The notes beneath the pieces were generated by a model that was not told the origin of the DNA, ran no database searches, and was given only the letters and a program-made list of their open reading frames with translations. The translations under genes and the position numbers were made by a program. This document shows, one piece after another, positions 47,783-57,089 of a stretch of DNA of 64,000 bases. Numbering within the stretch: the stretch's first letter is position 1; every line of letters starts with the position of its first letter. Source of the DNA: Patescibacteria group bacterium (GTDB taxonomy: Bacteria; Patescibacteriota; Microgenomatia; JAMCZE01); the NCBI GenBank assembly GCA_023485845.1, contig JAMCZE010000010.1, positions 89,448-153,447 of the forward strand, read 5' to 3'.

Positions 47783-49714
47783 ATGGAATATCTGTATTAT
47801 CTCCTCTTCTTTTTGGTGCCGCTGATTTTCACCGCCGCTAACTCGGAGCTTTTTGAATTTAACAAAATGGTCCTTGTCTATTCGCTCACGGTGATTATTG
47901 CCGCGGCATGGTTAGTGAAGATGATTCGTTTAAAAAAGTTTGTTTACAGACACACACCTCTGGAAATTCCCCTGCTTGCCTACTTACTTGCTCACCTACT
48001 CTCGACTATCTTTTCCATCGACCCTCATGTCTCCGTTTGGGGCTACTACTCCCGTTTTCACGAAGGCCTATTAGCTTCAATTTCCTATGCCCTGCTTTAT
48101 TTTGCTGCCGTTTCCAATCTGCGCCGGGAGCATGTTATCAAAATGCTAACCGCCGCGTTTGTCAGCGCCGCCGTTGTGTCCTTCTGGGCCATCCTGGAGC
48201 ATTTTGGCCATTCTTTCTCCTGCCTGTTTATCACCGGCGATTTCAACGACGCTTGTTGGGTTCAGGACGTCGCTGGCCGGGTGTTTGCCACCCTGGGCCA
48301 ACCAAACTGGCTGGCTGCCTATTTGGACGTGATTATCCTGACCGCTGTTGGTTTTCTCCGATCAAAAAAAACTAACCTGCCTACCTACTTATTGCTCGTC
48401 ATCTCGCTGGCTGCTCTCTGGTTCACCAAATCCCGATCCGGGTTGTTGGGCCTGGGAGCGGGAGCAGCCGTGTTTTTTCTTCTGGTTTGGAAATCGGACA
48501 TTAAATTAAAAGCTCTTGTCTGTGCCGCTGTCCTTCTGGTGGGCAGTTTTTGGGGTTGGCAACAGTTTCAAAAATTGGTGGCCGCTCCGACAGCTGGCGG
48601 ATCCGGCGGCGTGACCGACTCGGAAACCATCCGCCTGCCGGTTTGGGAAGGGGCCATCAAAGTTTGGCAGCGCTATCCGGTTTTTGGCTCCGGGGTGGAA
48701 ACCTTCGGTTATTCTTTTTACAAAGACCGGCCGGCTTCCAAAAATCTCGATTCCGAATGGGACTTTCTTTATAACAAAGCGCATAACGAATATTTAAACA
48801 TGCTAGCAACCACCGGCACGGTTGGGATACTGGCCTACCTGGCCCTTATCGGCGCAGTCTTGTGGTTCCTTCGCAAGAATCCGGCGCTTTTAGCCGCCTA
48901 TATTTCTATTCTTGTGACAAACTTTTTTGGTTTCTCGGTGGTGATCATTGGCCTGTTTTTCTTTTTAATTCCGGCTTTTTACTTTATTCTTAACTTCCCC
49001 GACATTGAGCCGGAAAAAACCGAGCCACCAAATTGGTGGTTAATCGGGGCCGTTATTGCCGTTGCCCTTTATTTGGAATGGGGGCTGGTCAATTTGTGGT
49101 TGGCGGACAAAGATTATGCCCTGGGCCAACGGTTTGATCAGGCCCAACAGTTTCCCAGCGCATATCAACCGATCAAAGATGCGGTGGCCACCAACCCCGA
49201 CGAGCCGACATATCGGGACGAGTTGTCTTTTAACGAATCGGTCTTGGCAGTGGCCCTGACTGCCGAGGGAAACAGTCAAGCCAGCGCCTCCGCCCAGCAG
49301 CTGACCCAAGCGGCCATTGCCGACTCTAATCAAGTGGTCGCCGGTTCCCCCAACGCCGTGCCGTTTTGGAAAACCCGGGTGAAGGTTTTTTATGAACTGG
49401 CCCAGATTGATCCACAATATTATTATCAGGCCCTGGCCGCCATCGAAAAAGCCGCCGACCTGGCCCCCACCGACGCCAAAATCCACTATAATCTGGGGCT
49501 GCTTCTGGGCCGGACCGGGCAGACCAGCGCCGCCATCCAAGCCTTTGCCGAAACGGTGGCGCTCAAACCGGACTACCGCGACGCCCACTATGCCCTGGGG
49601 CTCTACCTTAAAGAGGCCGGCGACATCAAATCTGCCCGCGCCCAAATGGAGTTTATCATTAATAAAATCGGCCCCGACCAAGACGCCCAACAATTTTTAC
49701 AGGAGAATAAATGA
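47783..49714 (+). CDS. O-antigen ligase (Wzy_C) family protein with C-terminal TPRs
   Basis: Multi-TM, TLGQPN..A.Y, T.SRSG, R..W, GSG.ETF, AHNEYL; TPR repeats. Confidence 0.85.
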   Translation: MEYLYYLLFFLVPLIFTAANSELFEFNKMVLVYSLTVIIAAAWLVKMIRLKKFVYRHTPLEIPLLAYLLAHLLSTIFSIDPHVSVWGYYSRFHEGLLASISYALLYFAAVSNLRREHVIKMLTAAFVSAAVVSFWAILEHFGHSFSCLFITGDFNDACWVQDVAGRVFATLGQPNWLAAYLDVIILTAVGFLRSKKTNLPTYLLLVISLAALWFTKSRSGLLGLGAGAAVFFLLVWKSDIKLKALVCAAVLLVGSFWGWQQFQKLVAAPTAGGSGGVTDSETIRLPVWEGAIKVWQRYPVFGSGVETFGYSFYKDRPASKNLDSEWDFLYNKAHNEYLNMLATTGTVGILAYLALIGAVLWFLRKNPALLAAYISILVTNFFGFSVVIIGLFFFLIPAFYFILNFPDIEPEKTEPPNWWLIGAVIAVALYLEWGLVNLWLADKDYALGQRFDQAQQFPSAYQPIKDAVATNPDEPTYRDELSFNESVLAVALTAEGNSQASASAQQLTQAAIADSNQVVAGSPNAVPFWKTRVKVFYELAQIDPQYYYQALAAIEKAADLAPTDAKIHYNLGLLLGRTGQTSAAIQAFAETVALKPDYRDAHYALGLYLKEAGDIKSARAQMEFIINKIGPDQDAQQFLQENK

Positions 49715-50016
49715 GTTATTTACAGTGGCTAGAGATTTTCTTCGGGATTCCCATTATTCTGTTCCTCTTGGTTGATTATCATATTTTCTGGGACCATCGA
49801 AAAATATTCCTTCGAATTTGGATCGGCTCATTTATTTTCGCTTTCCCATGGGACATTCTGGCCGTTGCCCGAAAAGCCTGGGAGTTTCCCCAGGGACTCA
49901 TCGGAATAAACATCATCAATTTGCCGATTGAAGAGTTTGTTTGGGGAGCCATGTTCACTGTTATTGTTTGTTATCTGACAATTCTTCTGGTAAAACAGCA
50001 GGGAAAATATGTCTAA
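49711..50016 (+). CDS. Lycopene cyclase domain protein
   Basis: WD..A....W.F....G......P.EE motif, 3 TMs. Confidence 0.75.
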   Translation: MSYLQWLEIFFGIPIILFLLVDYHIFWDHRKIFLRIWIGSFIFAFPWDILAVARKAWEFPQGLIGINIINLPIEEFVWGAMFTVIVCYLTILLVKQQGKYV

Positions 50017-50359
50017 CGATTATTCTAATATTATTCTCTTGTTTATCTTTGGCATTATTCCCCTGGCTGTGATTATTTATTTCCACCGCCGGACGTTTCT
50101 AAAAAATATCCAAATAATAATCAAAATTAATCTGTTTATTTACCTAGTTTGGATTCTGGGCGGCTCGGTGGCTTACCGACAAAACGTTTGGTTAGTTTCT
50201 TATGACCGGATCCTAAACCAGCCATTCATCGGGGTCTGGGTTGGCGATGTTTTTCAGTCAATTGTCGGCACAACACTGATTTCGATGGTCACATTGCTCA
50301 TGTTGGATGCCTACTCGCGCAATCTTCGTTTCCGTGACCTTTTCTTCAAGAAAGAGTAA
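50009..50359 (+). CDS. Membrane protein, divergent lycopene-cyclase-like
   Basis: Same size and topology as upstream gene, coupled; motif degenerate. Confidence 0.5.
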   Translation: MSNDYSNIILLFIFGIIPLAVIIYFHRRTFLKNIQIIIKINLFIYLVWILGGSVAYRQNVWLVSYDRILNQPFIGVWVGDVFQSIVGTTLISMVTLLMLDAYSRNLRFRDLFFKKE

Positions 50360-50369
50360 AATTAGCCTC

Positions 50370-50918
50370 ATGTATTCCATTGTTAAAGCGCCAAGCGAGA
50401 TTTTGCGAACGCCGGTCGGACCGGCGGATTTGCCCGCGGCCAAGTTGGCCAAGATCATCGCCGAGATGAAAGCGACCTTGATCGCCCAGAAAGACCCGGA
50501 GGGGGTGGGCCTGTCTGCTAACCAAGTGGGGCTCCCCTACCTGCTCTTTCTCGCCCGGTTTGATACTAAACCAAACTCGCCGATTCATGTTTTCATTAAC
50601 CCGGAAATCGTCAGCCATTCCGAGGAACTTCAGGAGGAAAATGAAGACAAGTCCCCCCTGGAGGGCTGCCTGTCACTGCCGAAATATTATGGTTTTGTCA
50701 AACGCTGGAAGACCGTGGAGCTGCGATATCAGGATGAAAATTGTAAATTGAAAACTGAAAATTTTCGTGGCTTTCCCGCCGTGGTGATCCAACACGAAAT
50801 GGACCACCTGGAGGGCAAGATTTTTGTGGAGCGGATTCTGGAACAGTCCGGAAAACTCTATAAAGTGGCCGGAAAAAATAAAAAAGGCAAAGACACCTGG
50901 GAAGAGGTGGAAATCTAA
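50370..50918 (+). CDS. def: Peptide deformylase
   Basis: GVGLSANQVG, EGCLS, QHEMDHL.G. Confidence 0.97.
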   Translation: MYSIVKAPSEILRTPVGPADLPAAKLAKIIAEMKATLIAQKDPEGVGLSANQVGLPYLLFLARFDTKPNSPIHVFINPEIVSHSEELQEENEDKSPLEGCLSLPKYYGFVKRWKTVELRYQDENCKLKTENFRGFPAVVIQHEMDHLEGKIFVERILEQSGKLYKVAGKNKKGKDTWEEVEI

Positions 50919-52450
50919 TCTTTATCTTGACTATGTTTACTGCCAATAAGTTTTTCCTTTTTCCCAGCTTCCAAATAGTCCGCATATAATTCATCTTGAT
51001 AGCTGCCCACTCGTTCCCAATCAACCACTCCCAAATGGGCTGACACCTCACCAACACTTTTAGCAATTGCCTTTAAAATATGTTCCGTTAAAACTCCGCT
51101 TTCTGCGGCCCGCCGATAACCATAATAGTCCGTCCCGATTACCAAAAAACGACGGCCGTCAGGGTTCTCTTCAATTGCACTTTCACGGCGCTTGCCCAAT
51201 TGCTCTCGTTTTATCCCGGCAAAAACACTGTTCCCTAAACGCTCTCTTTTCCCCACCGCCTGCTCCGGCGCATGACTTGTGGGCACATTGGGCCGTGTCA
51301 CCTGGGTCCGTCCGTGACTCTCGTTTATCCTGTTGCCTTCTCCATGACTCCGCTCTGGCCGAGCAGTTCCCATCGTCATGTCGCCTTGACCCAATGCAAC
51401 AATCCGCATAATTTTTTCGGCGATCAGGAAAGCTTGCTTCTCCTTGCCTCCAATTCGCACTGAGTGGTGCTCCGCCAAGATTAAAGCCACTCTAGATCCG
51501 AGAATTTCGTGCATTTTGGCAGAAATCTCCCCCCATTCTGTACTCTCCTCAACCTCGTTCTTACCCAATGCCAAGCCCAATGTCGAGGATTCGATATCCA
51601 CTTCCCCGAAAAGCGTTCCCATCCCCGGAACACTCTCAGCAGTGGGATGACCAGCCATCCATGCTTCTTGAATCAAACGTCCAAACATTGACACGGCCAG
51701 CCCCGGCCGCAATTCCCGTGGCAAGGATTTACTCTCGGGCAGTTGATCAATCCAGAAGCGGACTCTTGTCGCCGCCCCCACCTGAAATTCACCTTCGTCA
51801 CACTCTTTGCCATAAGGACGTGGTAGTGCTTCCACATCCTTCCCATTAAGATTAACGATAATTTTCTTTTCCAAGATTGCCCTGCTATAGACCTTTCCTA
51901 TATGGTTGCGCAGTCGATTCGGATCTAATGAAGCACGAAGTTTGTTAATCTCCAGATGGGTGAACCCTGGACCTGGTCGCGTCTTTACCCGTTCATACGG
52001 GTGCCGACGGAACTGCTCCCGCGGGCCACCAATGTCAAATGTCACTTTAATCTCTTCTGTCTCCCCCCGGCCAGCACAAATCATCCTTGCCCCACCACCA
52101 GCGAGATATTCCACTGCAGCCTTGCCGCCATAGCCATTTCGGCCCAGCGATCCGCCATAATTGACCGTCTCGCGAAAACCGCTGGCTTTATCAGAAGAAC
52201 CCCATTTGCTCCACCGTTGGAGTCGCTCAAAATTCATGCCCACACCACCACTATCCTCGTAAATAAACCTTCCATCTTTATCAATGGTTAAATTCACCAC
52301 TAGCGGCCCAGTGCCGCGTGAGTCATAGGAGTTATCTAGAAGCTCATCAATTGCCGCCTCTGGACGCGGAAATGTGGCTAACCGATCCAGCAACCGGGGT
52401 TCAACACTCTCCTCTAAATATTGTGGTCCGGTATCAGGTTTATTCGACAC
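50915..52450 (-). CDS. GHKL (MORC/HATPase_c_3-like) ATPase
   Basis: AIDELLDNSYD, D.GG.GM, G..G.GGKAA, GFT motifs; GTG start coupled to upstream stop. Confidence 0.8.
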   Translation of the reverse strand: MSNKPDTGPQYLEESVEPRLLDRLATFPRPEAAIDELLDNSYDSRGTGPLVVNLTIDKDGRFIYEDSGGVGMNFERLQRWSKWGSSDKASGFRETVNYGGSLGRNGYGGKAAVEYLAGGGARMICAGRGETEEIKVTFDIGGPREQFRRHPYERVKTRPGPGFTHLEINKLRASLDPNRLRNHIGKVYSRAILEKKIIVNLNGKDVEALPRPYGKECDEGEFQVGAATRVRFWIDQLPESKSLPRELRPGLAVSMFGRLIQEAWMAGHPTAESVPGMGTLFGEVDIESSTLGLALGKNEVEESTEWGEISAKMHEILGSRVALILAEHHSVRIGGKEKQAFLIAEKIMRIVALGQGDMTMGTARPERSHGEGNRINESHGRTQVTRPNVPTSHAPEQAVGKRERLGNSVFAGIKREQLGKRRESAIEENPDGRRFLVIGTDYYGYRRAAESGVLTEHILKAIAKSVGEVSAHLGVVDWERVGSYQDELYADYLEAGKKEKLIGSKHSQDKD

Positions 52451-53801
52451 GTTTATCAATTAATAGATTAGTGTCTCCCAAAAAGCGTGCTACCGGATGG
52501 CAAATGGCATCGATTAACTGTCGCCTCTTTTCCAGGCCAAGTGGCATTGCCGCCCGCAGCACCTCGGCAACGATATAACTGTAATACTCGTTCCCGTGGT
52601 GAGCATAGCGTTCATCCCGAACTTTGTTCAGGCTTTTGGCGGCAATCAATGACCGCAGTTTACGCTCGATTGAGTCACAGGCCTCTTTCGGATCAAGGGC
52701 AGCAACTTCCCCGCTGGAAACTTGGTTATTATACTCATCCCAAGCCCGCTGACACTCGGTCAGAAGCGCTGAATCAAATTCCACCGCTAATTTCTTCGCT
52801 TTCCCATTCTCTTTTGGTAACAACAATAATTTGTTAGCTAACACTGCCTCCTCTTGTTTGGTAAACGGATCCACTAATTGCCAGGGCTGCTCACCCTCTG
52901 ATTTGGGTTTTCGCGAGAATAACCGCTCCACAATTCCTTTCACAGTTGACTGCCGCAATTTTGCTCCTTTGGTCTCCCGACGAATAAGCTGCAGACGATT
53001 TAGTCCGGAACCGGTAACGACAATTTGTTTTCTGGCACCACCGCGCACTTCCGCGTAATCAATCCCCACCCGCAATGCCCCCCAATTAATATAGTTCTTC
53101 ACCGTCGATGGGGACAAATTAGCTTTGGCAGCAGTCTCCTGCAGCGAAAGCTCCAATGCCGGCTTGCCTCCGGCACTTTGCAAGGCTGTTTTATCAGGAA
53201 GCAGGCTATAACCACCCGAGCGGCTGCTAACTAGCACCGTTTGATGATCAGGATCTGGGTTAACCTTATTTCGAAGGCGCATAAGTGTGTTGTAGAAATT
53301 ACCCAATTCCCGTTCCGAAGGCTTCCGCCCTTTAGTAATTTCCTGAAGTAGGTCTTTTGCCAGAACAAATCTTCCCTGGTGCGCTTTTAGCACCTGCATC
53401 GCTTCCGCTTCTTTAGAACCAGTCAGTTTGATTTTAGTGGCACCAATTATAAAGACTCGCGATTCGGGGTCAACACGAACATCCACTAATTGGCCAGCCA
53501 CCTCTTCGGCTGGTTTTGGTGTGTTTGCTGTCGGCGCTTTTTCTGGCAAAAAAGTCACCTGGAGTTCACCCGATTCCGGGTCACGCAGTCCCCGCGCTGA
53601 CAGCTTTTGTAGAATATCAGAAAGACCCTCCTCAATAATTCTGGCTGTTTCTTCTGTGGCCGCGACCCGGGCTGTGAACGGACGAACTAATTCTGACCCG
53701 ACTCCAAATTTATTTCCGAGCCGTTTCTCTTCGGCTCGCAAATCGACAGCGTTTAGTCGCAAAGCACCAATTATTGGTTTTAGTGATCGTTCAACAGCCA
53801 T
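52440..53801 (-). CDS. Protein with OmpR-type winged helix and excisionase/MerR-like HTH
   Basis: LT..E...M..L....GR.V....L...I, MRLR.K, GGY.L; LSLQETA....LS.STVKNYI..G. Confidence 0.6.
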   Translation of the reverse strand: MAVERSLKPIIGALRLNAVDLRAEEKRLGNKFGVGSELVRPFTARVAATEETARIIEEGLSDILQKLSARGLRDPESGELQVTFLPEKAPTANTPKPAEEVAGQLVDVRVDPESRVFIIGATKIKLTGSKEAEAMQVLKAHQGRFVLAKDLLQEITKGRKPSERELGNFYNTLMRLRNKVNPDPDHQTVLVSSRSGGYSLLPDKTALQSAGGKPALELSLQETAAKANLSPSTVKNYINWGALRVGIDYAEVRGGARKQIVVTGSGLNRLQLIRRETKGAKLRQSTVKGIVERLFSRKPKSEGEQPWQLVDPFTKQEEAVLANKLLLLPKENGKAKKLAVEFDSALLTECQRAWDEYNNQVSSGEVAALDPKEACDSIERKLRSLIAAKSLNKVRDERYAHHGNEYYSYIVAEVLRAAMPLGLEKRRQLIDAICHPVARFLGDTNLLIDKRVE

Positions 53802-53865
53802 GAGTTATCTTATAACATTTAAACCTCACCTTGTCAATAAGTTTTAGCCGTGGCAAAATTATACT

Positions 53866-54624
53866 ATGACCGTTATCTTTTTTGGTTCATCAGATTATTG
53901 CCTGCCGGTTCTGGAAGCACTGAAGAATTATTTTGACTTAGAGTTAGTTGTCACCCGGGAAGATAAACCGGTGGGGAGAAAGCAAATTGTAACGGCGTCG
54001 CCGACAAAAACTTGGGCAATAAAAAATAATATCCGCGCTGGTGAAGAATTAGACATTGATTGTGATTTAGCCATTGTTGCCGATTACGGGAAAATTATTC
54101 CCGAGGAAATTTTTACTCGGCCGCGGCTGGGAACGTTTAACATTCACTTTTCTAGACTGCCCGACCTGCGCGGGGCATCGCCCGTCCAGGCCACCCTTCT
54201 TCGCGGGGACACAACTGCCTGGATCACCATCTTTAAGTTAGAAAAAACCCTGGACACCGGGCCGATTCTCTGGCAAAAAGAATATCCTATCGCGCCGGAT
54301 GATACTGCCGGCACTCTTTACACCCGATTGTTTCAAGAAGTGGCTAGGGAGTTACCAAAAATCGATTTTTTCGGCCCGCTGACACCCCAATCCAGCCCAC
54401 CAACCTATTGCAAAACACTCACCCGCAATGATGGATTCATAAAATATGAGGACCTAACTAATCAGCAAAATTACAATAAATATCGCGCTTATTTTCCCTG
54501 GCCAGGAGTTTGGTCTATCAAGAATGGCAAAAGAATGAAAATTCTTAAGTGCCACTTGGAGGATAATAAACTCATTCTCGATCTTATTCAGTTTGAGGGG
54601 AAGAAGCCGACCCTTTATCACTGA
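53866..54624 (+). CDS. fmt: Methionyl-tRNA formyltransferase (shortened)
   Basis: IFFGS, VVT..DKP.GR, YG.IIP, NIHFS.LP..RGASP, LD.G.I, PWP. Confidence 0.95.
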   Translation: MTVIFFGSSDYCLPVLEALKNYFDLELVVTREDKPVGRKQIVTASPTKTWAIKNNIRAGEELDIDCDLAIVADYGKIIPEEIFTRPRLGTFNIHFSRLPDLRGASPVQATLLRGDTTAWITIFKLEKTLDTGPILWQKEYPIAPDDTAGTLYTRLFQEVARELPKIDFFGPLTPQSSPPTYCKTLTRNDGFIKYEDLTNQQNYNKYRAYFPWPGVWSIKNGKRMKILKCHLEDNKLILDLIQFEGKKPTLYH

Positions 54625-54841
54625 CTTTATTAGGAAGGATCCTCCTTCCCAGTTGATCAAAGTATCGCACCCCTGGTGGGTTTTGGAACTTTAGGTCTAC
54701 TCGAACAATCGCCTTAGGGTTCCGACTATTTTGTAATATCGTCTCGATCATCCTAAGGGGATCGGCGCAAAAATCATCCCAATCCCTTTTGTCTGTTATT
54801 GGGTAGTCCACTTCTTCTGCCGATCGAATATTAAATGCCAT
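54584..54841 (-). CDS. Hypothetical protein
   Basis: 85-aa ORF downstream of rpmB. Confidence 0.45.
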   Translation of the reverse strand: MAFNIRSAEEVDYPITDKRDWDDFCADPLRMIETILQNSRNPKAIVRVDLKFQNPPGVRYFDQLGRRILPNKVSDKGSASSPQTE

Positions 54842-54845
54842 GAGA

Positions 54846-55070
54846 TTAAGGTTTTATTCCAAGTTGGTATTTGACTCCGTATTGAGCCAGACAGGAGGCA
54901 CAGGCGCGGACGTTTTTGACCACGCCGCCAATTAACACCTTGCCGTTGTGCAAATTAGGACGAAAAAGCCGTGGATTTTTGGTGGCCCGCTTCATCCATT
55001 GCCCCGTATGGGTGTGGCGGATCAAATTCCCATGCATCAGTCCCTTGCCGCAGATATCACAAGTTGTCAT
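54846..55070 (-). CDS. rpmB: 50S ribosomal protein L28
   Basis: CDICGK....G, R.F.PNL, C.SCL. Confidence 0.9.
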   Translation of the reverse strand: MTTCDICGKGLMHGNLIRHTHTGQWMKRATKNPRLFRPNLHNGKVLIGGVVKNVRACASCLAQYGVKYQLGIKP

Positions 55071-55083
55071 ATGATAAGATTAT

Positions 55084-55540
55084 ATACGAATAAGCCACAA
55101 ATGTGAATATACAAATACCCACAGGTAAAAATACTAAGATTATTGAAAAGGATTTGAGTTACAAAATTGTTGGACTGCTTTATGAAGTGCACACTAAACT
55201 TGGGGGAAGATATCAGGAAAAAATCTATCAAAAGGCAGTTGAAAAGGTTCTTCAGCGGGAAAAAATTAATTACCAAAGGGAACTTCCGGTTGATCTGATT
55301 TTTGAAGGTGCTAAAATAGGCAAGTATTATTTAGACTTTTTGATCGAGGAGCGAGTTATTTTGGAACTTAAAGCAGTTTACCGTTTCCATCCAGAACACT
55401 TTCGCCAGGTTCAGTCGTATTTAAAAACAAATAACATTAAGCTTGGCATCCTGGCTAACTTTAAAGGCCCAAAGTTAATCTACGCCCGAATTCTAAATTC
55501 GTAGCTAATTTGTATAACTTAATTTGTAGTTAATTCGTAT
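55084..55540. mobile_element. Putative GxxExxY cassette bounded by degenerate inverted short repeats
   Basis: Left TACGAAT/CACAAAT/TACAAAT units; right ATTCGTA/ATTTGTA x2/ATTCGTA; outer 8-bp IR ATACGAAT/ATTCGTAT. Confidence 0.55.
55103..55504 (+). CDS. GxxExxY protein (PD-(D/E)XK nuclease fold)
   Basis: VH..LG.RYQEKIYQ, YLDFLIE..VILELK, QV.SYL, G.L.NF. Confidence 0.92.
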   Translation: MNIQIPTGKNTKIIEKDLSYKIVGLLYEVHTKLGGRYQEKIYQKAVEKVLQREKINYQRELPVDLIFEGAKIGKYYLDFLIEERVILELKAVYRFHPEHFRQVQSYLKTNNIKLGILANFKGPKLIYARILNS

Positions 55541-56126
55541 GTTTCTTTTACAGTTGGCAATCCTGATCTATTCGGTGATCCTGCATGAGATCAGCCATGG
55601 CTGGGTTGCTGATCATCTTGGCGACCCCACCGCCCGACTGGCCAAACGCCTAACACTCAATCCCATCCCCCACATTGACCCCCTAATGACTGTCGCCCTG
55701 CCCCTTTTATTGGTTCTTTTGTCTAGTCCGATCATTTTTGGCGCCGCCAAACCGGTGCCCATTGACCCGTTTAATTTCCGGGAACCAAAAAAGGACACCG
55801 CTCTAACAGCCGCTGCCGGACCAGTGACGAACCTATTAATTGCTCTTTTATTTGCCATCGGCTTTCGAATTTTGCCTCTGGATATTTTTGCTTACGGTGT
55901 GCAGATTAATGTCATTCTAGCTATTTTCAATCTCCTGCCCATTCCCCCGCTGGACGGGTTTAAAGTGGTCGGCGGCGTGTTGCCCGATGATCTGGCCGCC
56001 GCTTGGTTTTCTCTGGAACGGCTCGGTCTGACTTTTGTTATTTTGATCCTGTTTTTCTTTAACTCCATCGTTAATTCAATCATTTTCCCCCTGACTCGCA
56101 CCATTTTAAAAATTCTGCTACCATAA
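55539..56126 (+). CDS. Site-2 protease (M50) family protein
   Basis: HEISH, GDPT, AAAGP..N, FNLLPIPPLDG. Confidence 0.93.
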   Translation: MFLLQLAILIYSVILHEISHGWVADHLGDPTARLAKRLTLNPIPHIDPLMTVALPLLLVLLSSPIIFGAAKPVPIDPFNFREPKKDTALTAAAGPVTNLLIALLFAIGFRILPLDIFAYGVQINVILAIFNLLPIPPLDGFKVVGGVLPDDLAAAWFSLERLGLTFVILILFFFNSIVNSIIFPLTRTILKILLP

Positions 56127-56130
56127 ACTT

Positions 56131-56763
56131 ATGAAACCGGTGGCCGTCATCTCCGGGGGTTCCGACGGGTTGGGCAAAGAAATCGCCCGCCAACTGATCG
56201 GTGACTATCAAGTGGTCATCCTCTCACCCCACGCCGAAAAACTTCAGGCCGCCGCGGCTGAGCTTGGCGTTGACTATCGCCTTTGCGACGTAGCCAACTG
56301 GGGCCAGGTTGACGCCGCTGTCCGCGATATCCTAGCCAAATATCAGCAAATCAACGCGCTTATTAATTGCGCCGGTGTCTGGATCGAGGGTGAACTGGAC
56401 ACCAATGACCCGGCCCAGATTAAACGGGTGCTGGAAGTAAATTGCCTGGGAACAATTCTTCTCTCCCGGGCCGTCATTCCCGCTATAAAAGCCCAAAAAT
56501 CCGGCAAGATCATTAACATAATTTCCGATGCCGGGCTAAAGACTAAAGCCCAGCGCAGTGTTTATTGCGCATCAAAATGGGCCATCACCGGGTTCACCAA
56601 GTGTCTAGAGTTAGACCTGTCTCCATATGGAATTTCCGTCTCGGCCGTCTACCCCGGACCGATGAAAACCAAATTTTTTGAAAAAGCCGGCATCAACCGC
56701 GATTTAACCGATGCCGCCGATCCGGTTTCCGTCGCCTCCGAAATTGCCGCTTCCCTATCTTGA
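56131..56763 (+). CDS. SDR family oxidoreductase
   Basis: SGGSDGLG, NCAG, YCASK. Confidence 0.92.
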   Translation: MKPVAVISGGSDGLGKEIARQLIGDYQVVILSPHAEKLQAAAAELGVDYRLCDVANWGQVDAAVRDILAKYQQINALINCAGVWIEGELDTNDPAQIKRVLEVNCLGTILLSRAVIPAIKAQKSGKIINIISDAGLKTKAQRSVYCASKWAITGFTKCLELDLSPYGISVSAVYPGPMKTKFFEKAGINRDLTDAADPVSVASEIAASLS

Positions 56764-56786
56764 CGAGGGTGTTAAAATAGTATGTA

Positions 56787-56970
56787 GAGTTCCCTGGAGA
56801 CGCGGCGGAGTTGAGGACATATTCCTCGACAGCGTTCAAACGGAAAGACATCCGCCAACCGGCGGATCGACGAAGTTTTGCGGCTACGCCACAAGCTAAG
56901 GTCGCAAACAGTCGAAGTCACAATTTTTCGGGGAAACGCTTCAATTTCTGCCCTTCCCTTCGGGGAACTT
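56787..56970 (+). ncRNA. Candidate rod-shaped ncRNA (~185 nt), possibly 6S RNA
   Basis: End-to-end pairing AGTTCCCTGGAG/CTTCGGGGAACT, GGCGGAGTTGA/TCAATTTCTGCC, AGCGTT/AACGCT, TCGAC/GTCGA with G-U pairs; TGnTAAAAT upstream. Confidence 0.5.
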
Positions 56971-56977
56971 GTGTTTG

Positions 56978-57049
56978 AGCCGATGGTCAGAATCGGACTG
57001 ACAACCTGCTGTTTACAAAACAGCCGCTCTACCATTGAGCCACATCGGC
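56978..57049 (-). tRNA. tRNA-Thr (TGT)
   Basis: GCCGATG/CATCGGC acceptor; GCTGT-TTTGTAA-ACAGC anticodon arm. Confidence 0.95.
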
Positions 57050-57089
57050 ACCTCTTGAATTATACCCCATTTCCGTTTAATCTGAATCC

